49,856 nucleotides of DNA from a virus (IMGVR_UViG_3300029003_000089); one strand, 5' to 3'; positions 1 through 9,103 are shown, numbered from the stretch's first letter. A program made the numbers and translations. Notes: generated by a model not told the origin, from the letters alone.

Positions 1-1410
1 TACTATCGGATAAGTGGATTGGCTATCAGCAGAGATCGTCGGCGACGAATCTCCATCCAGTGTAAAAGACGAATCAGCCGTCGAGACACCACTATCAGTA
101 ACGCTAATATTCATCACGGCATAGTTGGAAACGTTGCCTCTGTTATCCTGTACTGTGGCTCCAACATTCCACGAATTTACACCTTCGCTTTTATAAGCCG
201 GTAAAGTGATCTGCCATGATGTGCCATTTCCACTGATCTTGCCGCCAGCCGCAGTGAATGCACTATCATTCCACTGTACAGACTTGATACCACCACTAGC
301 ATTGTTGATTGTCAGTGTTACAGGGATGATTGATTCCCCCTCCCCCTGAACAGACTCTGGCAAACTGATTTTCAGTGCATGCTTCTTCTTGTACTCCAGA
401 ACAATGTTGTTATTTCGTTCAACAAAATCATAACGCCGGTTCTGGACTTCTCGCATAACTGCAACATTATCGCTGCTAAGCTGTTCAGCCAAGGAAACGC
501 CCGGGCGATAATTAAACTCAACACCAAAGGTTGTATCGTGAGTGTTGCTCTGTCCTTGCTTATGCTGTGCAGAAAACTTAATCAGAGGAACTGGTGTATA
601 AGAAATTCCCCCAGTAACTGCGTAAGGGTTTTCCTGCAGGTTATCGCTTCCAAATAACCCGACATTTTTACCATAATATTTTTCAAACTGAATAGATGCC
701 CCTAATTGCGGATAAGCAGGTAGCCATCCTTCAGCAGAAAAATCCCAGCCATTTGCAGGTCTTTCCAGATAATCATCAATATCACGACTGTTCTTCCAGT
801 CAGATAGACCAAAATAGGTATTTACACCAAGCCTGAAATAATCCCTCCAGTACTCAACCCCAAAACCTGCACGAGAGTGACTACGACTTAAATCGTAATC
901 ATAGAAAACATTCGCACCCAACATTGCGTTATCAGGAGTGAAATGACGAATCCCCAAACCAATATTGGTCTGATTTCGGTCATCAGTACGATGTAGTGAT
1001 GTCTGACTGAATAACACATAATCCTGAGTATCCAGCCATGGATATAAAAAGTCGAATGATGAATCCTTCAAGGAAAAAGAATCATCGACATTAAGCTTGA
1101 TGCGCGCATTGCCATATTGTTGCAACCAGTCGACGACCTCTTTTGTCGCCTGAGTTGATAAAGTATTTACAGCAAAACTACTTGCATTATTATTCGCCAG
1201 GCTCTGACCTGCACTTGCTGCAAATGAGGCCACTTTATTTGCATGCTCATCGCTGGCATAAATTTGCGTAACATCTTTATTACCAGATGATGCAAAACTG
1301 TTTGCTGGGATCAAAGAAAGAGAAACTGGAGATAATATCTGGGTAACAATTACCGACCATGTAATCGCGCCAGATGCAGTTTTTTTTAACTTTTTATTCA
1401 CAGTGGTCAT
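1..1410 (-). CDS. Inverse autotransporter (intimin/invasin family) outer-membrane protein, N-terminal 470 codons; 3' end lies beyond window start
   Basis: ATG at 1410-1408 (MTTVNKKLKK...). Hand translation of the first ~130 codons and the last 20 codons shows no stop; the middle of the frame was not checked. Beta-barrel-type motifs present (e.g. DSSFDFLYPWLDTQD). AT-rich upstream region 1411-1659. Not in the ORF track because no stop in window. Confidence 0.55.
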   Translation of the reverse strand, partial: MTTVNKKLKKTASGAITWSVIVTQILSPVSLSLIPANSFASSGNKDVTQIYASDEHANKVASFAASAGQSLANNNASSFAVNTLSTQATKEVVDWLQQYGNARIKLNVDDSFSLKDSSFDFLYPWLDTQDYVLFSQTSLHRTDDRNQTNIGLGIRHFTPDNAMLGANVFYDYDLSRSHSRAGFGVEYWRDYFRLGVNTYFGLSDWKNSRDIDDYLERPANGWDFSAEGWLPAYPQLGASIQFEKYYGKNVGLFGSDNLQENPYAVTGGISYTPVPLIKFSAQHKQGQSNTHDTTFGVEFNYRPGVSLAEQLSSDNVAVMREVQNRRYDFVERNNNIVLEYKKKHALKISLPESVQGEGESIIPVTLTINNASGGIKSVQWNDSAFTAAGGKISGNGTSWQITLPAYKSEGVNSWNVGATVQDNRGNVSNYAVMNISVTDSGVSTADSSFTLDGDSSPTISADSQSTYPIV

Positions 1411-1659
1411 AGTTCAATCAACGTTATGAATATAATGAAAAAAATAACTGGTATGACAAGAGGCGCGAAATATACAGCTCGTTACAAAAAAATCAACTCA
1501 AAAATAAAATAAAATCTCTGCATAAACTTTATGGCTAAATGATTTCACAACAATGGAAGAAAAATTTTGTTGCTCACGCAATCAATCATTTCGGGCGTTA
1601 CAACTAGTCCTAAATTATATTCGCTAGGTATACTTTATTTTTAAGCTAATACTTTAGCT

Positions 1660-2361
1660 CTATTTCATCGCTCCTTTCAGCCCGAACTTAGCTTTGATTT
1701 CTGCGATCTTCGCCAGAGCCTGTGCACGATTTAGAGGCCTACCGCCCATGACAGGAAGTTGTTTTACTGGTTCAGGTATAGCCTCACCACGGTTAATTCG
1801 CGCGGTCATACAGGCCAGTTCATCGGCAGCCTTGCGCCGTAATTCCGCGTCAGTCAACGCATTGGCCCGCATGTTCTGATACAGGTTGGTAACCAGCCAG
1901 TAGTGCGCGTTTGATTTCCACGGATAAGACTCTGCATCCGGATACAGACCACGCTTCCGGCAATACTCGTAAACCATATCAACCAGCTCGCTGACGTTTG
2001 GCAGCCCGGCGGTAACGGATGCTTCTTCCCGGCACCATGCAACAAACTGCCCGGGTGATGGCAGAAATGGTCTATTCTGCCGACGGGCAACACGCATTCC
2101 GGCGCTCACCTGCTCCATCGTGGTGATCCCGTTTTCCCGGAAAGCCAGAACCCACTGGCGGCGGATTTCGTTCAGTTCGTTCTGGTCACGATTAGCCAGG
2201 CTCGCCGGGAAAGTTGCCAGTAACTGGCTGAATACACCGTTGATTATCTGCGCTACCTGCTGTACCTGCGGCTTTTCGTCGTACTGTTCCGGCATGTTGT
2301 TGGCGATCCGACGCATCTGCTCACGGTCAAAGTTAATCATCTGTGCGGCGATGTTTTTCAT
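1660..2361 (-). CDS. P: Replication protein P (DnaB helicase loader), lambda P-like
   Basis: 233 aa translation matches remembered lambda P nearly end to end (MKNIAAQM..NFDREQMRRIANNMPEQYDEKPQVQQ...); overlaps O stop by 4 bp. Confidence 0.9.
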   Translation of the reverse strand: MKNIAAQMINFDREQMRRIANNMPEQYDEKPQVQQVAQIINGVFSQLLATFPASLANRDQNELNEIRRQWVLAFRENGITTMEQVSAGMRVARRQNRPFLPSPGQFVAWCREEASVTAGLPNVSELVDMVYEYCRKRGLYPDAESYPWKSNAHYWLVTNLYQNMRANALTDAELRRKAADELACMTARINRGEAIPEPVKQLPVMGGRPLNRAQALAKIAEIKAKFGLKGAMK

Positions 2362-3287
2362 AGATCCACCCCGTAAATCCAGTCTGTGTTTGTCAGGTCG
2401 AGTTTTGGTTTGCTAGCTGTCACGCCTGCCTGTTGCTTGTTACGGTTGATTTCGAGTTGGGTCCACTTGTCGCGGAGTTTGGCCGGACTTAGCACGTTAC
2501 CGGACCAGAAGTTGTCCTGGCATGCCCAGCGGAACAGCACGCACATGTCGCGGTGGTTACGTCCGTCACGTTCACGCATCAGGCGGATATCGTTAGCCCA
2601 CCCTGCAAAATTCGGTTTTCTGGCTGATGGCGCGATGGTCTTCACCATGTCAAACATCCACTCTGCGGCGGTCAGGTCTTCTGCTGTCCCCCACTTGCTG
2701 CCGCTCTGAATTGCAGCATCCGGTTTCACCACAGGAAGATCGTTTTCTGGTTGGTCAGAGGATTCGCCAGAATTCTCGGACGAAAAAGGTTTTATATTGT
2801 CTTTTGTTAGTTTGTCTTTTGTGTTTACCTGATTCGGGTAAACGCCTTTACCTGATTTGGGTAAACTTTTTTTACCTGATTCAGGTAAATTTACCTCTTT
2901 CAGGTAAACTTTATTTTTCTTACCTGATTCGGGTAATGTTGACCATTCACTGACCACATTATTAATGCCGGTATTCCGCCCGCTCTGAATAAAAATCCCA
3001 CGCTTTACCAGAACACTTTTTGCAGCAGAACACTTGTGCGGCAATATCCCGGTTAATTCGGAAAGTTGCTCGTTGCTAACCCAATCCAGTTTTTTATTAA
3101 AGCCATATGTTTTGCGCATGACAGCCAGGAAGACCAGAAGCTGGTGCTGTGTTAATCCGGCCAGCATCACAGCTTCCAGCAACTCATTTGCAATGCGCGT
3201 ATAACCATCATCGAGATCTGCCACGCGCGGCTCCTTTTGTGCCGCATCCGGCACTGGAAAATTGAATATCTCAGCAGTGTTTGCCAT
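2358..3287 (-). CDS. O: Replication initiator O-like protein
   Basis: Lambda O-like N-terminal region (VADLDDGY..., LRKTYG.N) starting at internal Met (MANTAEIFNF); ORF track extends to 3377 but the first 30 codons overlap the upstream gene; iteron repeats lie inside the gene as in lambda ori. Confidence 0.8.
   Translation of the reverse strand: MANTAEIFNFPVPDAAQKEPRVADLDDGYTRIANELLEAVMLAGLTQHQLLVFLAVMRKTYGFNKKLDWVSNEQLSELTGILPHKCSAAKSVLVKRGIFIQSGRNTGINNVVSEWSTLPESGKKNKVYLKEVNLPESGKKSLPKSGKGVYPNQVNTKDKLTKDNIKPFSSENSGESSDQPENDLPVVKPDAAIQSGSKWGTAEDLTAAEWMFDMVKTIAPSARKPNFAGWANDIRLMRERDGRNHRDMCVLFRWACQDNFWSGNVLSPAKLRDKWTQLEINRNKQQAGVTASKPKLDLTNTDWIYGVDL
2826..2936. repeat. Origin-like iterons inside O gene: five copies of TACCTGATTCGGGTAAAC-like inverted-repeat elements
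   Basis: Direct reading: tacctgattcgggtaaac / tacctgatttgggtaaac / tacctgattcaggtaaa / tacctctttcaggtaaac / tacctgattcgggtaa; translated as the PESGKK repeats in O. Confidence 0.8.
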
Positions 3288-3373
3288 AATTCCTCCCGCA
3301 ATGAGTGTGTTACGATTTGCACCTGAAAGTCGGTTCTGTTCGCGCAGACCGGCTTTTGCCATTTCTGAACCTG

Positions 3374-3919
3374 TCATATTGCCCCCAGCATGGTGGTGAC
3401 CATCGCCATCAATGGACCAGCCAGGTCCGGGTCCACACGAAACATCGACACAATGCCTTCACTCATCTCCTTCAGTTTCTGGTGGCGTGGTGCGTTGAGA
3501 ATGACAGCCTGTTTTGCCTCACTGAGTTCCTTTTCCATTTCAGCCAGCCGAGCCATGAAGCTATCCTGCTCAACCAAGTGGCCGCGATATTCCAGCGGTA
3601 GTACCGCCAGAATTGCCGGGGTCAATTCACGCACGTTATTTCGGTATTTTTCAGAATCGAATTTGTTATCGAGGAAGCGGAACAGCTTCTGGCGTGCACG
3701 GCTGACATCATCAGGGAAATCGATGGTGCCGCCGCCCTGCTCCCGATACTCATTCACAATGAGTGTGGCAACGACATCCTGATTATCTACAGCCGACCAG
3801 GCGCGGACGGCATCACGGATTTTTTCGTGGCCTGGCACCTGTTTTGTTTGAGAACGATTTATCACCGCTGTCGGGCTAAATCCGCTAGTCTGTTGGTATG
3901 TAAGTGGTTGCATAGTCAT
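3374..3919 (-). CDS. YdaT-family protein (cII-position early gene)
   Basis: 181 aa; motif LTPAILAVLPLEYRGHL resembles remembered Rac YdaT (LIPAILAILPRELRHRL); position between cro-like gene and O. Confidence 0.45.
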   Translation of the reverse strand: MTMQPLTYQQTSGFSPTAVINRSQTKQVPGHEKIRDAVRAWSAVDNQDVVATLIVNEYREQGGGTIDFPDDVSRARQKLFRFLDNKFDSEKYRNNVRELTPAILAVLPLEYRGHLVEQDSFMARLAEMEKELSEAKQAVILNAPRHQKLKEMSEGIVSMFRVDPDLAGPLMAMVTTMLGAI

Positions 3920-3943
3920 TGCCTTATCAGTTAACGCCGCAGT

Positions 3944-4177
3944 TTAGGCGGCAGAATTACTCGCGTTAAACAATGGTGCGAGGTCGGGACGAATATCTGC
4001 TGGTTTAATCTTTCCACCAGTGGCTGAGACAATTTTCATTACATAGCGGGCATCAATTCCGCCACCGTGTAGCCAACGCCAAACAGTGGGTTGGGCTACA
4101 CCGCATAGATCTGCCAGTCGTTTTTGACTACCTGTAATACTGATTGCGAGTTGAATGGTTTGATTTGTCATTATCAA
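3944..4177 (-). CDS. Cro/YdaS-like HTH regulator
   Basis: 77 aa; HTH segment GSQKRLADLCGVAQPTVWRW; divergent from repressor gene. Confidence 0.6.
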   Translation of the reverse strand: MIMTNQTIQLAISITGSQKRLADLCGVAQPTVWRWLHGGGIDARYVMKIVSATGGKIKPADIRPDLAPLFNASNSAA

Positions 4178-4281
4178 TTCCTATTGGTATTGCAATGAAC
4201 AGATAATAGCAATGCGTATCAACCCATTCAATAGCAAAACGTGTTTTGACCATCAATACGCAAGCGTATAAATTAAAACTT
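4178..4281. promoter_or_regulatory. Divergent immunity promoter/operator region (oR-like) of prophage A
   Basis: Intergenic between divergent cro-like and cI-like genes; repeated motif AATAGCAAT(N3)TATCA at 4205-4221 plus related ATTGCAAT (4188-4201) and AATAGCAAA (4230-4241). Confidence 0.55.
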
Positions 4282-4974
4282 ATGAAAAAAGAAACTCTTG
4301 CTGATCGCTTAAACCTAGCGATGGAACAATCTGGAATGTCTCAAGGCGCTCTTGCAAAGGCGTCTGGCGTAGCTCAACCCACAATCTGGAGACTGACAAG
4401 CGGCAACGCGCGCGGCTCAACAAAAATTGTTGAAATAGCTAATGCATTGGGTGTTCGAACAGAGTGGCTCTCATCAGGCATAGGCCCGATGAGAAATGAC
4501 GGTCAACAATCAGGAAAGCCTGCTGTCAACCATTCCAAATACTTCAAGATTGACGTTCTTGATATAGAAGTCAGTGCTGGGCCGGGCGTCATCAACCGTG
4601 AGTTTGTAGAAGTCCTACGCTCGGTTGAGTACTCGTTTGACGATGCTCGTCACATGTTCGATGGCAGGAAGGCAGAAAATATCCGCATCATTAACGTACG
4701 CGGTGACAGCATGTCAGGAACGATCGAACCAGGTGATCTGCTGTTCGTTGATATCACGGTTAAATCTTTCGACGGTGATGGTATCTATGCGTTTCTGTAC
4801 GACGACACAGCCCATGTAAAGCGCCTGCAAATGATGAAAGATAAGCTACTGGTTATCTCTGATAACAAGAGCTACTCACCGTGGGACTCGATCGAGAAAG
4901 ACGAGATGAACCGGGTGTTCATTTTCGGGAAGGTTATTGGCAGTATGCCGCAGACGTATAGGAAACACGGATAA
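4282..4974 (+). CDS. CI-like repressor, N-terminal HTH plus C-terminal LexA-like S24 peptidase domain
   Basis: ATG at 4282 (MKKETLADRLN...) gives 230 aa, same length as prophage B repressor; C-terminal motifs INVRGDSM and KRLQ typical of autocleaving repressors; ORF track start 4246 is TTG. Confidence 0.85.
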   Translation: MKKETLADRLNLAMEQSGMSQGALAKASGVAQPTIWRLTSGNARGSTKIVEIANALGVRTEWLSSGIGPMRNDGQQSGKPAVNHSKYFKIDVLDIEVSAGPGVINREFVEVLRSVEYSFDDARHMFDGRKAENIRIINVRGDSMSGTIEPGDLLFVDITVKSFDGDGIYAFLYDDTAHVKRLQMMKDKLLVISDNKSYSPWDSIEKDEMNRVFIFGKVIGSMPQTYRKHG

Positions 4975-5053
4975 TCAGCTGCGTGCTGATGAGGCTTTTG
5001 GGTAATGCGCTGAAAGAATTCTTTATAAAAATAACATTACGGGAAAGGCAAAA

Positions 5054-5323
5054 ATGAGTGATAAAAAACTTATAAAAAAATCAAATAACTGTGTAGATGC
5101 ATATGCTGATGCATTTGGATATTCATCTTTTGGGGAAGATGACGATCGCTTAGGCTCCATATCTTTCTTTCAGCATGTTACAGAATGGGGCGCTGATGGT
5201 AGTAATGACACTGAAAACGTAAAGTACAACATTGCAACAATTCGCATGACGGAAGATTTAATGCTTAAACTCGCTGACTTTATTCGCGATCAGCATGATA
5301 GAGCTAAAACCAATAAGTCATAA
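5054..5323 (+). CDS. Hypothetical small acidic protein, first gene of cI-downstream cassette
   Basis: 89 aa ORF, same strand as cI, 80 bp downstream; no recognisable domain. Confidence 0.45.
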   Translation: MSDKKLIKKSNNCVDAYADAFGYSSFGEDDDRLGSISFFQHVTEWGADGSNDTENVKYNIATIRMTEDLMLKLADFIRDQHDRAKTNKS

Positions 5324-5331
5324 TATTAACA

Positions 5332-5772
5332 ATGAAACACGGTTATTACGAAGCTCCAAACCTAACTGAAAAGCTTGAACAAGCGGCAAGATCATCATCT
5401 TTGCATACTGCAGCATTTTCTCAATCAGCTGGTATGTCTGGCGGTAATGTACCTATGCTACAATCAAGTGGTAGCGGTGGCTCTGGGAGTAATAATGTGC
5501 TTGAATCGAAAGTTGCAAAGCTTGAGTCTGATGTGTCCTATATCCGACGTGACGTTGATGAGCTTAAGACAGATGTCAAATCTATCGACAGAAACATGAT
5601 CGCTGTTCTGGAGCGACTCGATTCAATAAAAGATTCACTAGCCAAAAAACCCTCCATCGATGCTGTCGATAGAAAGGTTTCAGACGCAAAGCTTGCGGTA
5701 TTGCTTGGTGTTCCAGCAATCATCGCTGCAGGAACAGGTCTTTATAAGCTATCAATGTACTTTTTTCTTTAG
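5332..5772 (+). CDS. Hypothetical coiled-coil protein with C-terminal transmembrane anchor (XhlA-like architecture)
   Basis: 146 aa; Gly/Ser-rich linker, heptad-like segment LESKVAKLESDVSYIRRDVDELKTDVKSIDRNMIAVLERLDSIKDSL, C-terminal hydrophobic LAVLLGVPAIIAAGTGLYKL; 9 bp after previous ORF. Confidence 0.5.
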   Translation: MKHGYYEAPNLTEKLEQAARSSSLHTAAFSQSAGMSGGNVPMLQSSGSGGSGSNNVLESKVAKLESDVSYIRRDVDELKTDVKSIDRNMIAVLERLDSIKDSLAKKPSIDAVDRKVSDAKLAVLLGVPAIIAAGTGLYKLSMYFFL

Positions 5773-5848
5773 TGCTTAAGAAACTGCTCGCCACCTTGCA
5801 TTACGCAAAGCGATTTTTCATTCCCTATTACCCTTTCTTATCCATCTA

Positions 5849-5878
5849 AACCCGGCCCCAGTGCCGGGTTTTCTTTTG
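5849..5878 (+). terminator. Rho-independent terminator after cI-downstream cassette
   Basis: aacccggc cccagt gccgggtt followed by ttcttttg. Confidence 0.65.
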
Positions 5879-6004
5879 CCTTCCCCTCATCACACAAACC
5901 GTTCAAAAAACCACCACGACCTCGCTTCAGTTATCGCTATGCGATGCAAGTCACAAAATTAATTCTTTTTGCTATCAAACATTTAATATCAAAACACATT
6001 TAAT

Positions 6005-6046
6005 AATAGCAATAAGTATTGATATCACCAATAGCAATGGCTATCA
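6005..6046. promoter_or_regulatory. oL-like operator pair of prophage A
   Basis: aatagcaataagtattga and aatagcaatggctatca share the AATAGCAAT..TATCA motif with the cro/cI intergenic region. Confidence 0.5.
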
Positions 6047-6143
6047 TCACCATGTCGCAACAACACAACGATACGGCAACCACCTGATTCACCGTTGCGA
6101 TGACCGCTTAGATCCGCAGCTTGATTTCAGCAGGCTTCGGGGA

Positions 6144-6530
6144 GTGCGAGGGGTGAAACGGACGCGTGAACGTCGGTGTGACCAGCTGAAATCAACTCAA
6201 CACTTCATACCTCAGTCGCTTCAACGAGGCGGCTTAGTTATGACAACCGGCGGCCATCCACCGCCTGAATGCGCGCAGAAGTCTCTATATGTTCAGCAGC
6301 CCAGCTTACGGGCAGGAGTTTTTATGGTTCATCAACATTACGGAACGCAGACCGTTAATCGCGGTGCGGTCATGCCAGGAATGCTGGTCAAACACAAAGA
6401 TGGTACCTGGACTGCATCAGCTAATTTACGCGGACGGCTTTATCTGCATCGCGGCATCGAGCGCACTTATACCCGTGATTTGCTCGTGGAAGTTTTTCTC
6501 GACGGACGCGGCAACGGCCTGAATCACTAA
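6144..6530 (+). CDS. Hypothetical early-left-operon protein (kil/cIII position), GTG start
   Basis: 128 aa ORF between oL-like sites and gam; Arg-rich N-terminus (VKRTRERR); no confident homology. Confidence 0.3.
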   Translation: MRGVKRTRERRCDQLKSTQHFIPQSLQRGGLVMTTGGHPPPECAQKSLYVQQPSLRAGVFMVHQHYGTQTVNRGAVMPGMLVKHKDGTWTASANLRGRLYLHRGIERTYTRDLLVEVFLDGRGNGLNH

Positions 6531-6605
6531 TCCCCTTTCCTGTTTACCTAATCAGCCCGGCATTTCGCAGGCGATATTTTCACAGCCATTTTCAGGAGTT
6601 CAGCC

Positions 6606-6902
6606 ATGAACGCTTATTACATTCAGGATCGTCTTGAGGCTCAAAGCTGGGCGCGTCACTACCAGCAGATCGCCCGTGAAGAGAAAGAGGCAGAACTGGC
6701 AGACGACATGGAAAAAGGTCTTCCACAGCACCTGTTTGAATCACTCTGCATCGATCATTTGCAACGCTGCGGGGCCAGCAAAAAAGCCATTACCCGTGCG
6801 TTTGATGACGATGTTGAGTTTCAGGAGCGCATGGCAGAACACATCCGGTACATGGTTGAAACCATTGCTCACCACCATGTTGATATTGATTCAGAGGTAT
6901 AA
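6606..6902 (+). CDS. gam: Gam (RecBCD inhibitor), lambda-like short form
   Basis: 98 aa translation [21 protein letters not shown]... matches remembered lambda Gam. Confidence 0.9.
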   Translation: MNAYYIQDRLEAQSWARHYQQIAREEKEAELADDMEKGLPQHLFESLCIDHLQRCGASKKAITRAFDDDVEFQERMAEHIRYMVETIAHHHVDIDSEV

Positions 6903-6907
6903 AACGG

Positions 6908-7693
6908 ATGAGTACAGCACTCGCAACGCTGGCTGGGAAGCTGGCTGAACGTGTCGGCATGGATTCTGTCGACCCACAGGAACTGATCACCACTCTTCGT
7001 CAGACGGCATTTAAAGGTGATGCCAGCGATGCGCAGTTCATCGCATTGCTGATCGTCGCCAACCAGTACGGCCTTAATCCGTGGACGAAAGAAATTTACG
7101 CCTTCCCTGATAAGCAGAACGGCATCGTTCCGGTGGTGGGCGTTGATGGCTGGTCCCGCATCATCAATGAAAACCAGCAGTTTGATGGCATGGACTTTGA
7201 GCAGGACAATGAATCATGTACGTGCCGGATTTACCGCAAAGACCGCAATCATCCGATCTGCGTTACCGAATGGATGGATGAATGCCGCCGCGAACCATTC
7301 AAAACTCGCGAAGGCAGAGAAATCACGGGGCCGTGGCAGTCGCATCCCAAACGGATGTTACGGCATAAAGCCATGATTCAGTGTGCCCGTCTGGCCTTCG
7401 GATTTGCTGGTATCTATGACAAGGATGAAGCCGAGCGCATTGTCGAAAATACTGCATACACTGCGGAACGTCAGCCGGAACGCGACATCACTCCGGTTAA
7501 CGATGAAACCATGCAGGAGATTAACACTCTGCTGATTGCCCTGGACAAAACATGGGATGTCGACTTATTGCCGCTCTGTTCCCAGATATTTCGCCGCGAC
7601 ATTCGCGCATCGTCAGAACTGACACAGGCCGAAGCAGTGAAAGCTCTTGGATTCCTGAAACAGAAAGCCACTGAGCAGAAGGTGGCAGCATGA
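6908..7693 (+). CDS. bet: Bet (Red-beta single-strand annealing recombinase)
   Basis: 261 aa translation matches remembered lambda Bet essentially throughout. Confidence 0.95.
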   Translation: MSTALATLAGKLAERVGMDSVDPQELITTLRQTAFKGDASDAQFIALLIVANQYGLNPWTKEIYAFPDKQNGIVPVVGVDGWSRIINENQQFDGMDFEQDNESCTCRIYRKDRNHPICVTEWMDECRREPFKTREGREITGPWQSHPKRMLRHKAMIQCARLAFGFAGIYDKDEAERIVENTAYTAERQPERDITPVNDETMQEINTLLIALDKTWDVDLLPLCSQIFRRDIRASSELTQAEAVKALGFLKQKATEQKVAA

Positions 7694-8370
7694 CACCGGA
7701 CATTATCCTGCAGCGTACCGGGATCGACGTGAGAGCTGTCGAACAGGGGGATGATGCATGGCACAAATTACGGCTCGGCGTCATCACCGCTTCAGAAGTT
7801 CACAACGTGATAGCAAAGCCCCGCTCAGGAAAGAAGTGGCCTGACATGAAAATGTCCTACTTCCACACCCTGCTGGCTGAGGTTTGCACCGGTGTGGCTC
7901 CGGAAGTTAATGCTAAGGCGCTGGCGTGGAGAAAACAGTACGAGAACGACGCCAGAACCCTGTTTGAATTCACTTCCGGCGTGAATGTTACTGAATCCCC
8001 GATCATCTATCGCGACGAAAGTATGCGCACCGCCTGCTCTCCCGATGGTTTATGCAGTGACGGCAATGGCCTTGAGCTGAAATGCCCGTTTACCTCCCGG
8101 GATTTCATGAAGTTCCGGCTCGGTGGTTTCGAGGCCATAAAGTCGGCTTACATGGCCCAGGTGCAGTACAGCATGTGGGTGACACGAAAAGATGCCTGGT
8201 ACTTTGCCAACTATGACCCACGAATGAAGCGTGAAGGCCTGCATTATGTCGTGGTTGAGCGGGATGAAAAGTACATGGCGAGTTTTGACGAGATGGTGCC
8301 GGAGTTCATCGAAAAAATGGACGAAGCACTGGCTGAAATTGGTTTTGTATTTGGAGAGCAATGGCGATGA
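7690..8370 (+). CDS. exo: Exo (Red-alpha 5'-3' exonuclease)
   Basis: 226 aa translation matches remembered lambda Exo; overlaps bet stop (ATGA). Confidence 0.95.
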   Translation: MTPDIILQRTGIDVRAVEQGDDAWHKLRLGVITASEVHNVIAKPRSGKKWPDMKMSYFHTLLAEVCTGVAPEVNAKALAWRKQYENDARTLFEFTSGVNVTESPIIYRDESMRTACSPDGLCSDGNGLELKCPFTSRDFMKFRLGGFEAIKSAYMAQVQYSMWVTRKDAWYFANYDPRMKREGLHYVVVERDEKYMASFDEMVPEFIEKMDEALAEIGFVFGEQWR

Positions 8371-8549
8371 CCCATCCTCACGATAATATCCGGGTAGGCG
8401 CGATCACTTTCGTCTACTCCGTTACAAAGCGAGGCTGGGTATTTCACGGTCTTTCTGTTATCCGAAATCCGCTGAAAGCCCAGCGGCTGGCTGAGGAGAT
8501 AAATAATAAACGGGGGGCGGTATGCACAAAGCATCTCCTGTTGAGTTAA
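8361..8549 (+). CDS. Hypothetical small protein
   Basis: 62 aa ORF in operon context after exo. Confidence 0.35.
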   Translation: MAMTHPHDNIRVGAITFVYSVTKRGWVFHGLSVIRNPLKAQRLAEEINNKRGAVCTKHLLLS

Positions 8550-8713
8550 GAACGAGTATTGATTTGGCACATAGCCTTGCTCAAATTGGAGTCAGGTTTG
8601 TGCCAATACCAGCAGAAACAGACGAAGAATTTCATACGTTAGCCACATCCCTTTCACAAAAGCTGGAAATGATGGTGGCGAAAGCAGAAGCAGATGAGAG
8701 AGACCAGGTATGA
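8522..8713 (+). CDS. Hypothetical small protein
   Basis: 63 aa ORF, same strand. Confidence 0.3.
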   Translation: MHKASPVELRTSIDLAHSLAQIGVRFVPIPAETDEEFHTLATSLSQKLEMMVAKAEADERDQV

Positions 8714-8723
8714 CAACCACTGA

Positions 8724-9005
8724 ATGCATTTTTCTGGCAGCGGGCTTCATATTCTGTGTGCTTATGCTTGCCGACATGGGGCTTGTTCAGTGACACCTCA
8801 GCAAGAAAACGCCCTTCGCAGCATTGCCCGTCAGGCTAATTCTGAAATCAAAAAAGTCAGACAGCAGTTTCCGGATAAAAACGTCAATGACATTTGCCGT
8901 AGCGTACTGAAGAAGCACCGCGAAACGGTAACGCTGAAGGGATTCACACCGACTCATTTAAGCCTGGCAATCGGCATGTTAAACGGCGTCTTTAAGGAAC
9001 GATGA
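8724..9005 (+). CDS. Hypothetical protein
   Basis: 93 aa ORF; real start may be internal. Confidence 0.35.
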   Translation: MHFSGSGLHILCAYACRHGACSVTPQQENALRSIARQANSEIKKVRQQFPDKNVNDICRSVLKKHRETVTLKGFTPTHLSLAIGMLNGVFKER

Positions 9006-9103
9006 ACATGAAAAGCAAAATTATCAGGGAGCTACAGGCTCCTTTTTTATTGTTCGCATTCACCCTCAAGCGTATTAACCAACAGTTCAGGGATTAATGA
9101 AAG

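Noticed and set aside
1694-2416. Opposite-strand and alternative-frame ORFs (1694-1879 plus, 1854-2093 minus, 2120-2416 plus) overlapping P and O
   Set aside because: They lie entirely within well-supported P/O coding sequence and have odd composition; treated as shadow ORFs.
2826-2936. Possible CRISPR array suggested by the regularly spaced repeats
   Set aside because: Repeats are only ~18 bp, lie inside the O coding sequence, are separated by short irregular spacers, and no cas genes are present; they are replication-origin iterons.
6492-6605. Long-form Gam start upstream of 6606
   Set aside because: The frame containing the remembered GamL-like residues (RYFHSHF) is offset by one base from the gam ATG, so an N-terminally extended Gam cannot be confirmed; only the short form is annotated.
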